Shown here: positions 48,504 to 60,470 of the stretch, one piece after another
Layout of the letters: every line of letters starts with the position of its first letter
Position numbering within the stretch: the first letter of the stretch is position 1
Source: Macrostomum hystrix
Taxonomy: Eukaryota > Animalia > Platyhelminthes
DNA length: 64,000 nt
Direction: 5' to 3'
Assembly (NCBI GenBank): GCA_950097015.1
Contig: CATNEN010000029.1
Location: 6,386,001-6,450,000, forward strand
Program-made: the position numbers and the translations under genes
The notes under the pieces: model-generated
Told to the model about the DNA's origin: nothing
Database searches by the model: none
The model's input: the letters and a program-made list of their open reading frames with translations, nothing else

Positions 48504-49439
48504 ACGCGTGTGACACTTTTTTGGTCACTTTTAGCTTTTAGTTTTTGCATGTGGACAGAAAAGCTACTTTATTTTAATTTTGAATTAAGAGTTTCACCTT
48601 TTTGAAGACTTTCACAAAGGCATCCGTCCTTGGGGCCTCGTAAAATACGTCAAAGGGAGTAGAGTCGGATGTGATCCGGGCTGCATTGTGATAAAAGGGC
48701 GTTGCCTCTTCCGTGAGCTGTTTTTGGAAGCCAGGTAGACATTGTTTTTGTGTGTGCCGATCGGTCAATTAGCAGGTTTGAAATATCTAAGCCTTTTGCT
48801 TTATGTAATCATCGTGTAAGGCCTTTCGATCCAACAACCAGTAGAAACCACCACGCTTGAATATTGCACATTTGACTGGACTGAATAATTTCACAGCTTT
48901 TGGGAAGCAGCCGTGGTTGATAATTGGTTGTGGTCGCAAAATTATTAAGCGTCTCATTTTTTAAACCGTTACACTCATTTTTGCTACTCTGCAATTTTAA
49001 CATCAGCACAATTCACACCATAAGCTGCGTGCACCCAGTCAAGTCATTGAAAGTCAAGGAGCAGCAGATCCGGTGTACATAACCTCGTAACGATCAATGC
49101 AGTTGCATAAGTCTACACACTACAAACTATCTCACCAATAGTGGGCTTCAATCGAAGAGAGTATTACTACTGCGAGTACTATGGAATGCTAAATCAATAC
49201 AAAGTATGTCTGTTTATTAACAGTAGACTGGGGAAAAAACAACGGGGATATTTCAAATAGCCACTGCGCACTTCAGGATTTGCACAGGAAGTGTGATATA
49301 AGAGGTAACGATATAATTAACAATTATTTGTGATTCTGAAAGTTTTTTTATCATGGCGATTGGCCGAATATTTTGGGAGATACATAAAATAGAAATAATT
49401 GGGTATTTGAAATGCCCCAATTGGGTATTTGTAGCTATT

Positions 49440-49665
49440 GCGCGGCGCATCTTAAGGCTGTGTATGATCAGTCCATGGACAGGGGAGAGGCCCCATCCAC
49501 CCTCAATCACTCCAGCTAATCCTGACACCCATTTAACAGCTGGGTGAGCTGAAGCAATGTAGAGTAAGTGTCTTGCTAACGGATACAAATTTTTCAAGGT
49601 GAGTCGAGAAGCGAACCCCCGACCTTCAAGTCATGAGTCCGACGCTCCTAGCACTAGGCTACGAG
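49440..49665 (-). mobile_element. SINE family B (CORE-type) copy
   Basis: gtccatggac..cccatttaacagctgggtgagctgaagc..cttgcta..gcgaacccccgaccttcaagtcatgagtccgacgct matches the family. Confidence 0.75.
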
Positions 49666-50300
49666 AACAACCTAAGAGTATCTGAATTCGGTAAAATAAA
49701 ATAAGAATGTTATTGAGGCCAATATTTTAATGCTTCAGAAAAATATTCAATTTTTTTCTACGAGAAAAAAGTCGATATCTGCTGCGACAGTCTATTTGTG
49801 AAGTTGGTGACATAATCTAAGAAAATCTACTGGCTCGCTGGAGTGTTGTAAGTTCTTTAAACATCTAAAATCTAGTTTTTTTTGCCGGCAAACCTGCTTT
49901 TGCTAATAATAGGTTCACTAAGCAACTAATTTATAGCTAATTGTTTGTGCGAAAAACTAATCCGGGACCAGCAAACCGAGTTTAATCTATAGTGCACACG
50001 TGCGTACGAACGATTTTACCATCAGCCGAAGCGACCGATGGCCAATCAGCCAAATGTCACTTTGATCGGGGTTCTTGTTAAATAAATTCCAGTTAGGAAA
50101 CATTAACCAAAGGATTCTCTAAGTTGACAGTTTGCTGCATAGTCTCAAGTTAGTTCATCAAAACGGTGTACAGTGCGTGCTTGCGAGCCCAGGTGTTTCA
50201 TGGTTGCATCTTCCATGTCTGCTTGACGTCCATTCTTTGATAAAGGAGAGCCACTCATCCAGGACTGGCTCCTGGACCGGTCGATTCCAGACAGTCGGTC

Positions 50301-53300
50301 TCAACAATTGGACTGCTCGATGCTGGCAGACGTACCGGGCGTGGTGAATGTGTTCATAGCATTGGTGAAATCGTCAACCTTTCTTGGACCGTGCTGAACG
50401 AGCATGATCATCTAAAACAGATTAAAAGTTTGGTGTTTGAATAAAAATTAATTACACCTGCCACCAATTGGGTCAGATTTGCAGCCGACAGCACAGCCGC
50501 AGCTAATGCGTGGCGCATCTGAAGGCTGCGTACAGCTGTTCAGTCCATGGACTGGGGGATGCCACACCCACCTTCAATTATCCCAGCTGATGCTGGTACC
50601 CATTTAAAAGCTGGTTGAACTGAAGCCATGCAGAGTCAAGTGTCTTGCTAAAGGACACAAATTGTTTAAGTGGAGTCGGGAATCGAACCCCCGACCTTCA
50701 AGTCGTGAGTCCGACGCCCTAACTACTAGGCTACAACCTCTTGGTGTTATACAAATATTATATTGGTAAATACAATATGTGATAAAATTCCTACAATAGA
50801 CTTTATAAAATACACTAATTCACAATTGCGATAGAAAAACACCAGCTTCCAAAAACCTTGCTGCCGAACACGAGCAGCAGGGTGGTGGTGGAGCAGACGA
50901 CGATGCAGACGACCACCAGCACGAAGCGCAGCGTGACCTGGCTGTTGGGCAACACGAAGCTGAGCGAGACTCCGATCGCGGCCATGATGAGCGTGTTGTA
51001 CACACAGATGCCAATCTGCTTGCTGTCGTTCAGCGCCTCCAGCTGGACCTTGCGCGTCTCCCAGGCGAAGAAGATCCCGAAGATTAGAAGCAAGCCTGCG
51101 GCATGGGGAGTAAAAATGCATATTTTATTCCCAGAATGTCGGTGGCAGAGCGGTTAACGCGTTTGCCTCTCGCGACAATGTCCATAAGTTCGATTCCGCC
51201 GCGAGGCCACATTCATTTGGGACGCAGTCGCGGAGAGAAGGCTTGGGGGCTTGTAGTGCAATTTGCGCCCTTGAGGGCCAACCTCCACGACAAAGTGAAA
51301 GTGTACATTGCCTGACCTGTGTGAACGTGTACCTGCGTACGGTATCTGTGTGCGTGTGTGCTCAGGAGTCAGCGGAATGCCTCCTCGCTGGCTGCGGGTC
51401 TAGTTTCACCAAATGGTGTGCTATTTACCGCAGCCCTCCTGCAATTATTGTTATTAAATTTTTTATTCCAAATGTTTTGCACCAGAACCATTCCATAGCT
51501 AAGTGGTTTCCTTCTACATTTGTCTTCCAGGATAGACTAGGAATCCACAAAACTCGTACTAGCACGTAATTTGCCTTCAAGGCACGCAGCTAGCCAAACC
51601 TTATGTTCTGTTCCCATCTCGCCGATTTGGCTTTATTGGAAGTGTCTGCAAGCAGACTTACCTTTGATTCCTAAAAGAACTCCATTCCACACAGCGGCAA
51701 GTCCGGACTGACAGATCTCCAGGCGAGGCTTCTTAATCACCCCGAGAGCGGGATCCTCCTGAAACAGGAAGATTTGGACTTCTTCCAATAAAAATCTGTT
51801 CCATTTCAGTGTTTTAGCAGAATTGAAAGCCAGTAATGGCATGGCGCACCTCTATTGGAAAAAAGAAAACCACCAGACTCAAGGGATCCATGATGAACCA
51901 CAGGATAAAAACTACGGCATCCACGAGTAGGAGTAGACCAACGACCGAGAGCAGGTGCCAGTCCTTGATGGCCTGCAAAACGGAAATTGTAAGACAGTGT
52001 CTTCAGACAGCGAACTTCGAAACCAAAACCAAGTGAACGGAAAAACTCTTTCCCTAGTCGTAAAAATTAGATTTCAAGTAATTACAGATACTCAGCTCAC
52101 CACCCGCTTGAGCCGCTTGTTGGTGAAGATGACGTGAACCCGCCAGGTCTTCGCGAACATGGCCCCGAATGCGCACGAGTATCCAGCAGCGAGGCAGCAG
52201 GTCTGCGTCCAGCACAGAGACACTCCAGTGTAGGTGCCTCCGTTCAGAGCCATCGCGATGCAGCTGCAGTATCCGAGCACGCAGCCGAGAGCGATCACGA
52301 GGTTCACGTTCGGAGAGCTCAGTTTGATCAGCTTCAGGTTTCGGTACTTCAGGTTGACGCACACCGACACGACGGCGAGTCCGATTCCCACGGCAGACAG
52401 GACGAGACAGACGGTGATGGCCGGCTGGCTGACTGTGACTCGCTCGTTCAGCACCACCGGAGAGTCGATTGGAGGCTTCTCACCTGCGAACTGCAGAGTC
52501 CGCTGCCACACCGTGATGTTTGTGGCAGTGTCGAAGTTCGCCACTGGGACGCCCACATTGTCTGTGCATGAGTGAAAGATTTGATAAGAGTATAAAGCGA
52601 AGAAAAACTCGAATGCTGCATATCCTCTTACCTCGGATTTGAAAGACAACGACTTGCCCGATTCGGTCTCCGTTATTGTCGAACTCGACTGGGCCCTGAA
52701 ACCAATAGATCGAAACTTGAAAAAAACTTTAGTCAGTAGTTAATAGCACTTTACTCAATAAAGAAATCAAAATATTTTTAGAAACCATGTAAATAGGAGC
52801 ATCAGTTTTAATACTTTCGTCAGTAACTAGTTCGTTGGGGTGCAACATAGTTTTGTTAATCCTTTTGAGATTACTGTCTTCAACTTAGTTTCGAAGCTGG
52901 CCATCAAGTGTCTTATAACGAATTTTAGTCTGCCTAAAGATATTTAGAGAAGAATGTTTAAAGCGGTTAAATAAATGTAAACCATGCCCTTGCTAAATGC
53001 GCTTGAGGCCCGATCAACCATTTAGGCCCTCAGAGTATTAGCGGCTAAGCCTAAAAGCATTTGAATGACGCATTTGCCTAGCTGTCACTTTCTGTCACTT
53101 TGAGTTTTTAAGCCGAGCAGCATCTGTAAATTGAGTTGATTAGCTGAGAACGAAATTCTCCTTTTTAATTCCCGTGCTAATCAAGATTATTGCCTGAATT
53201 CCATTAAAACGCTGCATCCGAATGTTTTGCAGAAGACTTGTCTTGAAGGAAGTGTTGCCCAGCTCGATGTTGGTGCTGTACGGGTACAGTTTAAGCGTCT

Positions 53301-56300
53301 CGTTGATGGCCAGGGCGGCAGTGGTCAGGGTGTCAAATACGCGGGCAGCGTAGCCGCTGTTGCGAGCTGACCAGTCGCTGTAGATTGCCGAGTAAGCAGT
53401 TTGCAAGTCGTCCATTGTCTGTATGTCACAGATTAGCAAATGTATATTTGCTATTTTTAGTTTTTTTAGCGTACACGAATCACATGCGTAAATTGGAAGT
53501 GAGTATGGGGCCGGACCCCCTTATCGGGTAACCAACGCCCCAAATCCTTGAGGGCACTCCCCAAATCCTAGGTGGCACTCCCAAAATCCAAGGTGGCACT
53601 CCCCAAATCCTAGGTGGCACTCCCCAAATCATCGATGACACTCCCAAATCCTAGGTGGCACTCCCCAAATCCTAGGTGGCACTCCCCAAATCCTAGGTGG
53701 CACTCCACAAACCCTCGGTGGCACTCCACAAACCCTCAGTGGCACACCCCAAACACTAGGTGGCACTCCCCAAACCCTAGGTGGCACTCCCAAAATCCTC
53801 GGTGGCACTCCCCGAACCCTAGGTGGCACTTCCCAAATCCTCAGTAGTGGTACTGCCCAAATCCTCAGTAGTGGCACTCCCAAATTCTCAGTAGTGGCAC
53901 TCCCAAAATCCTCAGTAGTGGCACTCCCCAGATCCTAGGTGGCACTCCCAAAATCCTAGGTGGCACTCCCAAAATCCTAGGTGGCACTCCCCAAATCCTA
54001 GGTGGCACTCCCAAAATCCTAGGTGGCAATCCCCGAATCCTCGATGGCACTCCCCGAATCCTCGATGGCACTCCCTGAATCATCGATGGCACTCCCAAAT
54101 CCTAGGTGGCACTCCCAAAATCCCAGGTGGCACTCCCCGAATCCTAGGTGGCACTCCCCAAATCCTAGGTGGCACTCCCCAAATCCTAGAAGGCAACCCC
54201 AAACGCCCTCCCAAAAAATCGTGGCTTTGCTTCTAATATGAATATTTTCAACTGGCAAATACTCACCAATCCAGTCTTGCTTGGTGGAGGTTTGTAGTTT
54301 GGATCTGCCATGGCTGAATCGAACAGGATGGCATTCTGCACGGCGGTCTTTCTCATCTCCACCGAGCAGTCTCTGATGGGCGCTGTGGCTGGTAGGCCGT
54401 GCCATCCGCTGAAGATCCATTGGTACTTCGGTCCGTAAAGTCCATATTTATAGATCTGGTGATGAAATTTATCAATTGGCTTCGACAGTTCTGTACTTTT
54501 GAGTCAAAAGTTTTAGCGAGCTGTTTGGAGAAAAGAGAAATACAAAGTAGCCACCACAGTACGATTAAACTATTCGATTAAACAAAGTTGCTATTCTTTC
54601 ATTGTACAAATTTATTTTAAAACTAACAGTAGAACTACCAAGGGGGCTTTCCCCTTGACAATTTTTGTGCTGCACCCGAACAGAGCAACTCAAGCACACG
54701 AAACTCGAGAACACCGGTAGACTTTTTGATGCGCATCCTGAAACAATTGAATCAAGTTGCCAGGCCTTCAGACCGTCGAGATATTCAATGGTTCTGACTG
54801 AATGTCCGATTTTTCCCATAAGCTATTATTTTTCTTATTATTAATAAGTCTACACAGCTAATTAAATCTTCGGGACTAACTGCTTCATCTGTGCGATGCG
54901 GCTGGGTTCCCGAAGAAGAATGTGCGTTAAACACTTTGGTTAGGTTGTCCGCGATGTCAGCGATTGGGGCTTGAGATCTGTTAAGTCGCTTGCTGGGGAA
55001 CAGTAACTCTTCTACTCTTCTATGACCGGACCAGAATCCCTTTGAGGTTCCAGAAGCCGCCATTTTCTGAATGCAGTCATTTATGTCTATCTGCTTAAGT
55101 TTCTTAAGCTGTTGTTTGTATTTTTTGCTAGCCCTGATATTCTGATGCCAGCGCACTGTCAGTTGGTCTACGTCTTTTTTCCTGGCCACGAACTTCAATG
55201 ATTTGCTCAAGTTTCTTAGTGTCTCATCTCGATTTGTCCCGAACTTAGTCGGAATGATTGTCTTTGCGCAGCTTTCTGCCGCTGAGTCTCTAAGCAGGTT
55301 GGTCAAGCTCGAGAACAAATTTTCCAGGGATTCTCCATCGCGTGCGTCAACAGATAGCAACTTTCTATTTATTTCTTCGCTTTGTTTGTTATTCAATGCC
55401 TCAATGTAACTTCCCTGCTTCTCAGTGTCCCATCTTAGAGGCATTGGGAAGGATTCATGTTTTTCCTGGTTTGCGTGTTCTGGTTGGACATGATCAGGAA
55501 AAATCAGAGTGACTGTTAGCGGGCAATGTCTGGACAGAAAGCTTTGAGGATGAATAAAGAAGTATTTTATAATATCCATTTTATCCATGGATGCAATAGC
55601 GTAGTCTTCGGCTTAGTATGCTACTAAACGTGTAATTTCCCATAATGTCACCCTGAGTCATTCCGTTCAGAATCGTGCCCTTGGTCTCGGAGCACATTTC
55701 CATCAGTCTTAGTCCATGCTTGCTTTTCTCAGAGTCCTGATTCTGTCTGGGAAACTTATCCCTAGTGCTGGACTGTAATGTGCCAGTTCGTGCAATATTA
55801 TTTTTTATGAGGTAAACCATGCCGTTTGATAATCTACCTTTGTTGACTCCCCTTGCCTTGATTCAATCTGCCCCAAAGCAGGTGAAATCTATCAGCGTGT
55901 TTGAGTCTAGCTGCTCCTGTTTGGCGTGGGTCTCACAGAGGAAAACTGTCTCTATTCCTAAAATATTCGTGGAAACTTGGTGACTCCATTTTGCATTCTC
56001 CACTGAGCATCAGTCCATCTATGTTCCAACTGGTGATGATCGACTCTGACTTATTATAAGTAACCTTCTTTTCGCAGCTGCCCTGTGCTTCAGTGACTAT
56101 TCGAGAGTTAAAATTTAGCGTAGAAATTGACATAGAAAGTTCTCAGAGCCAGTCATGACGGGTTCAAAACCTGTTGCACGGAGTGGGATTCGACGGTATC
56201 AAAAATAGAAAGTTATTAGCTCGTAGGCAAAGGAGTTAGAGCACCCGAGCTGAGCAGCTAAAGCGCTAGTGAATTTCATACACCCCTATACACGAATTAG

Positions 56301-58133
56301 CACTGCGCCTGAGTGCGGCCTTGCCAGGCCTTCAAAACTTATCAGCATGTCACCTGAATGTGCCTGCATCATCTCCGTCTTTGGTGATCATCAACCTTTA
56401 ACTAGACGGACTGCTAGACCTTCAAGGGCTACAGCAGGTGGAACTATGGACACGCTGACGCGAATTTCTCTAATTTCACTGATAAAGTCTAAATATAAGG
56501 CGCAGATTAACTACAGGAAACCCTCGACTAGTCTGTCAACCAATCAGTCACCACCTAACGCTGTTAGTATTCAGGCGCCGCCAAAAAAATGGTATAAAAA
56601 CGGGCGGCAAAATGGCTTTGTATTCCTACTGTTAATCACCTAAAATTAGTATAATTAGATGGATGTTAATGCAGTGAGTTGCTTACCAAGCATTCCATCG
56701 GTTCGGCCTCTAGGGAGGAGTATCGAAAGGCGACTATTATTCGAACGTCGTCCGCCTGAAGTTGAAATATATTTTGATCACGCTTCTGAAGTAACATGGA
56801 TGAGAGCATATCAATTGGTATCATTAGGGTCAAAGTGCTACCTTTAAGCGCTGAAGAATGTCGCTCAAGTCACTTGTGAAAAGCGCCTTGTAAATAACTG
56901 AAATGTTCCTACTGGCAATCAGGCTTTCGAATTTGACTCCGACCTAAAGTAGTTTTTTTAGTTTGCTCGCGAATTAATGGGGTTATGAGAATCTAAAAAT
57001 TCTAAGTTTTTACGCGCAAGAGCTCATTAGTACTGTCGTTTAAATCAAGGGAGCATTTGCTTTTCAACTTTAAACTTCTATTCTGTTGTTCCCTTAAAAT
57101 TCGAGAGTTGATCGCAAATACGAGCGTAAAATTGCTCTGACAGGCTTTTATTGAGGCCATTTTATTATTTACTCACACATATTAAACAAAGAATGAATTA
57201 ATTTGGATGTCCTGGAATATCCAAGGAACTGAAATCAGTAAACTCACTGAGAGTGCTATATTAGCCAGCGGTATTTAATTGGTAATGGTAACTATAACCA
57301 AAATAAGTGTCAAATCTACAAAGGCCACACAAACCGGATAGATCTGGTCGGCTTCCGTGATCAGCAGACCAATCTTGCGCCAGTTTTGCTTCACCAGAAT
57401 CTGCACAATCGCCTCGTTGTAGAGTCCGTGTGTCATCAGCAGTCGGCTGTAGGTTGTGTACTGGGTCTTGTCGGACAGCAGAGGAGAAGCGTTTGCATAG
57501 GACAGCTGAAAAAGTGCACGCAATTGAGAATAATTTCTGCATGCTCTACGGTGAACGGAGATTGCTACATTTGTACTGGGGTCGTGTTTTAAGCATTCGG
57601 GTTGAACTGCGAGATTTTATTCTTGAATCAATAGTAAATGAAATGCTGACAACTCACCATTGGAACGTAGTATAATTTACAAACGTCGGCTACTACTTGA
57701 GACTGCTGTGAGAAGGACATGCCAATGATCATGGCCTTATTCGGCTCGCTGAAATACCCATCGATAAACGCTTTCGATGCGGTGCCAGTGTCTTGCTGAA
57801 AGTCATTGCGCGGCAGGTTAACTTCTGAATTAAAAGGGACTTTTTACACTGAATTTTACTATAGTTTAGGCCTTCTGGTGGCGTTTATGTACTCACATCA
57901 ATGGCGCACTGATGGTGGATGTTGATTTTGAATCCCGGGAACATGTCTGTCAGGTTGTTGACCAGCGGTAGGAAGGCTCTGACCATGAACTCTGGGTAAT
58001 TGTGCTGACCAGTGACGGGCCTGACTGTGCAAATGTGCAGCAGGGTGACCTCAGTTCGGTTGTCAGAAGCGTAGCACAGGCCCGCAAGGCTTGCGGCTGC
58101 ACTCAGGAGCAGCAGCGAGCTCCTAAAACCCAT
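50301..58133 (-). CDS. GABA-B-like class C GPCR, copy 3; 13 exons: 57897-58133, 57658-57795, 57335-57505, 56842-56943, 56687-56755, 54267-54455, 53194-53418, 52632-52695, 52101-52561, 51850-51972, 51662-51758, 50857-51095, 50301-50411 (741 aa)
   Basis: Exon lengths and phases are the same as copy 1, with no stops. The model needs a GC donor after exon 7 (CAG|GCAATA). Confidence 0.88.
50450..50740 (-). mobile_element. SINE family B (CORE-type), the most complete copy
   Basis: The reverse strand reads GGTTGTAGCCTAGTAGTTAGGGCGTCGGACTCACGACTTGAAGGTCGGGGGTTCGATTCCC, then TGTGTCCTTTAGCAAGACACTTGACTCTGCATGGCTTCAGTTCAACCAGCTTTTAAATGGG, then the 3' body. Confidence 0.82.
51139..51450 (+). mobile_element. 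SINE family A copy
   Basis: GTCGGTGGCAGAGCGGTTAACGCGTTTGCC..AAGTTCGATTCC head and family body. Confidence 0.8.
53530..54200. repeat. Minisatellite, 21-bp unit (ggcactccccaaatcctaggt), in intron 6 of receptor copy 3
   Basis: Directly visible, degenerate. Confidence 0.92.
54600..56110 (-). mobile_element. Decayed non-LTR retrotransposon (LINE) ORF2 fragment: APE endonuclease plus linker
   Basis: Broken ORFs with SWNIDGL, GLRLMEMC..ILNG..GDIMGNYTFSS and SRHCPL (SDH-like), followed by an EN-RT linker-like helical segment. Several stops and frameshifts. Confidence 0.7.
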
Positions 58134-58399
58134 TGCAATGAGAAGCAGGTGCGCTGCTTTCGGTGAAATCAGAAAATATGGAAAAGCAAGAGAAAACAGC
58201 AGGAAGCGGAGCAGCTCTTATACTGATTAGGTCCACGCATCGACTAGTTAAAAAGACTGCTTGAGAACTATTTGTCCGACCTTCTAATTGGCTTTGGCTT
58301 TTTCATCCATTAAATTCAACTCGAGAGAAACGAAAAACTATTCTATCTACTACTAGTACTCTTTTGCTGAGCTACGAGTACTATTCAAACCAAAACTCC

Positions 58400-58670
58400 G
58401 GTTCGTTTTCGCTTTTTAAAATCCACTGAGAGTCCATTCAACATTAAACTCTCATAAAAATGAGTCCGACCTAAACCCCACACAATGGAGCTATCGCCGC
58501 TCGTGTCAAAGGCCATTGTCTCAAACTCTGACTTCCAATGAGCATCATTGGTTAAAATTTCCAGCAACTTCATTGCCACGGGGGCAATTCTATGCAATGG
58601 CTGGACATTCCCGGAAGACCATCGCTACGAAGTAAAATTTCAGGCAACGAAATTTAAACGACATCGCTTA
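58400..58670 (-). repeat. Dispersed repeat homologous to 12451-12657
   Basis: Reverse-complement alignment by eye. Confidence 0.65.
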
Positions 58671-58675
58671 GATCT

Positions 58676-60470
58676 TAGATCTAGACAATATGATGCTATC
58701 ATTTCTTAGATCTAGACAATATGATGCTATCATTTCTTAGATCTAGACAATATGATGCTATCATTTCTTAGATCTAGACAATATGATGCTATCATTTCTT
58801 AGATCTAGACAATATGATGCTATCATTTCTTAGATCTAGACAATATGATGCTATCATTTCTTAGATCTAGACAATATGATGCTATCATTTCTTAGATCTA
58901 GACAATATGATGCTATCATTTCTTAGATCTAGACAGTATGATGCTATCATTTCTTAGATCTAGACAATATGATGCTATCATTTCTTAGATCTAGACAATA
59001 TGATGCTATCATTTCTTAGATCTAGACAATATGATGCTATGATTTCTTAGATCTAGACAATATGATGCTGTCATTTCTTAGATCTAGACAATATGATGCT
59101 ATCATTTCTTAGATCTAGACAATATGATGCTATCATTTCTTAGATCTAGACAATATGATGCTATGATTTCTTAGATCTAGACAATATGATGCTATCATTT
59201 CTTAGATCTAGACAATATGATGCTATCATTTCTTAGATCTAGACAATATGATGCTATCATTTCTTAGATCTAGACAATATGATGCTATCATTTCTTAGAT
59301 CTAGACAATATGATGCTAACATTTCTTAGATCTAGACAATATGATGCTATCATTTCTTAGATCTAGACAATATGATGCTATCATTTCTTAGATCTAGACA
59401 ATATGATGCTATCATTTCTTAGATCTAGACAATATGATGCTATCATTTCTTAGATCTAGACAATATGATGCTATCATTTCTTAGATCTAGACAATATGAT
59501 GCTGTCATTTCTTAGATCTAGACAATATGATGCTATCATTTCTTAGATCTAGACAATATGATGCTATCATTTCTTAGATCTAGACAATATGATGCTATCA
59601 TTTCTTAGATCTAGACAATATGATGCTATGATTTCTTAGATCTAGACAATATGATGCTGTCATTTCTTAGATCTAGACAATATGATGCTATCATTTCTTA
59701 GATCTAGACAATATGATGCTATCATTTCTTAGATCTAGACAATATGATGCTGTCATTTCTTAGATCTAGACAATATGATGCTATCATTTCTTAGATCTAG
59801 ACAATATGATGCTGTCATTTCTTAGATCTAGACAATATGATGCTATCATTTCTTAGATCTAGACAATATGATGCTATCATTTCTTAGATCTAGACAATAT
59901 GATGCTATCATTTCTTAGATCTAGACAATATGATGCTGTCATTTCTTAGATCTAGACAATATGATGCTATCATTTCTTAGATCTAGTCAATATGATGCTA
60001 TCATTTCTTAGATCTAGACAATATGATGCTATCATTTCTTAGATCTAGACAATATGATGCTGTCATTTCTTAGATCTAGACAATATGATGCTATCATTTC
60101 TTAGATCTAGACAATATGATGCTATCATTTCTTAGATCTAGACAATATGATGCTATGATTTCTTAGATCTAGACAATATGATGCTATCATTTCTTAGATC
60201 TAGACAATATGATGCTGTCATTTCTTAGATCTAGACAATATGATGCTATCATTTCTTAGATCTAGACAATATGATGCTGTCATTTCTTAGATCTAGACAA
60301 TATGATGCTATCATTTCTTAGATCTAGACAATATGATGCTATCATTTCTTAGATCTAGACAATATGATGCTATCATTTCTTAGATCTAGACAATATGATG
60401 CTATCATTTCTTAGATCTAGACAATATGATGCTATCATTTCTTAGATCTAGACAATATGATGCTATCTAG
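58676..60470. repeat. Minisatellite, 31-bp unit (tctagacaatatgatgctatcatttcttaga), about 58 near-identical copies
   Basis: Directly visible. Confidence 0.97.

Noticed and set aside
46757-48605. 597-aa and 608-aa ORFs called as genes
   Set aside because: They consist almost wholly of a 21-bp satellite. Kept only as a low-interest note.
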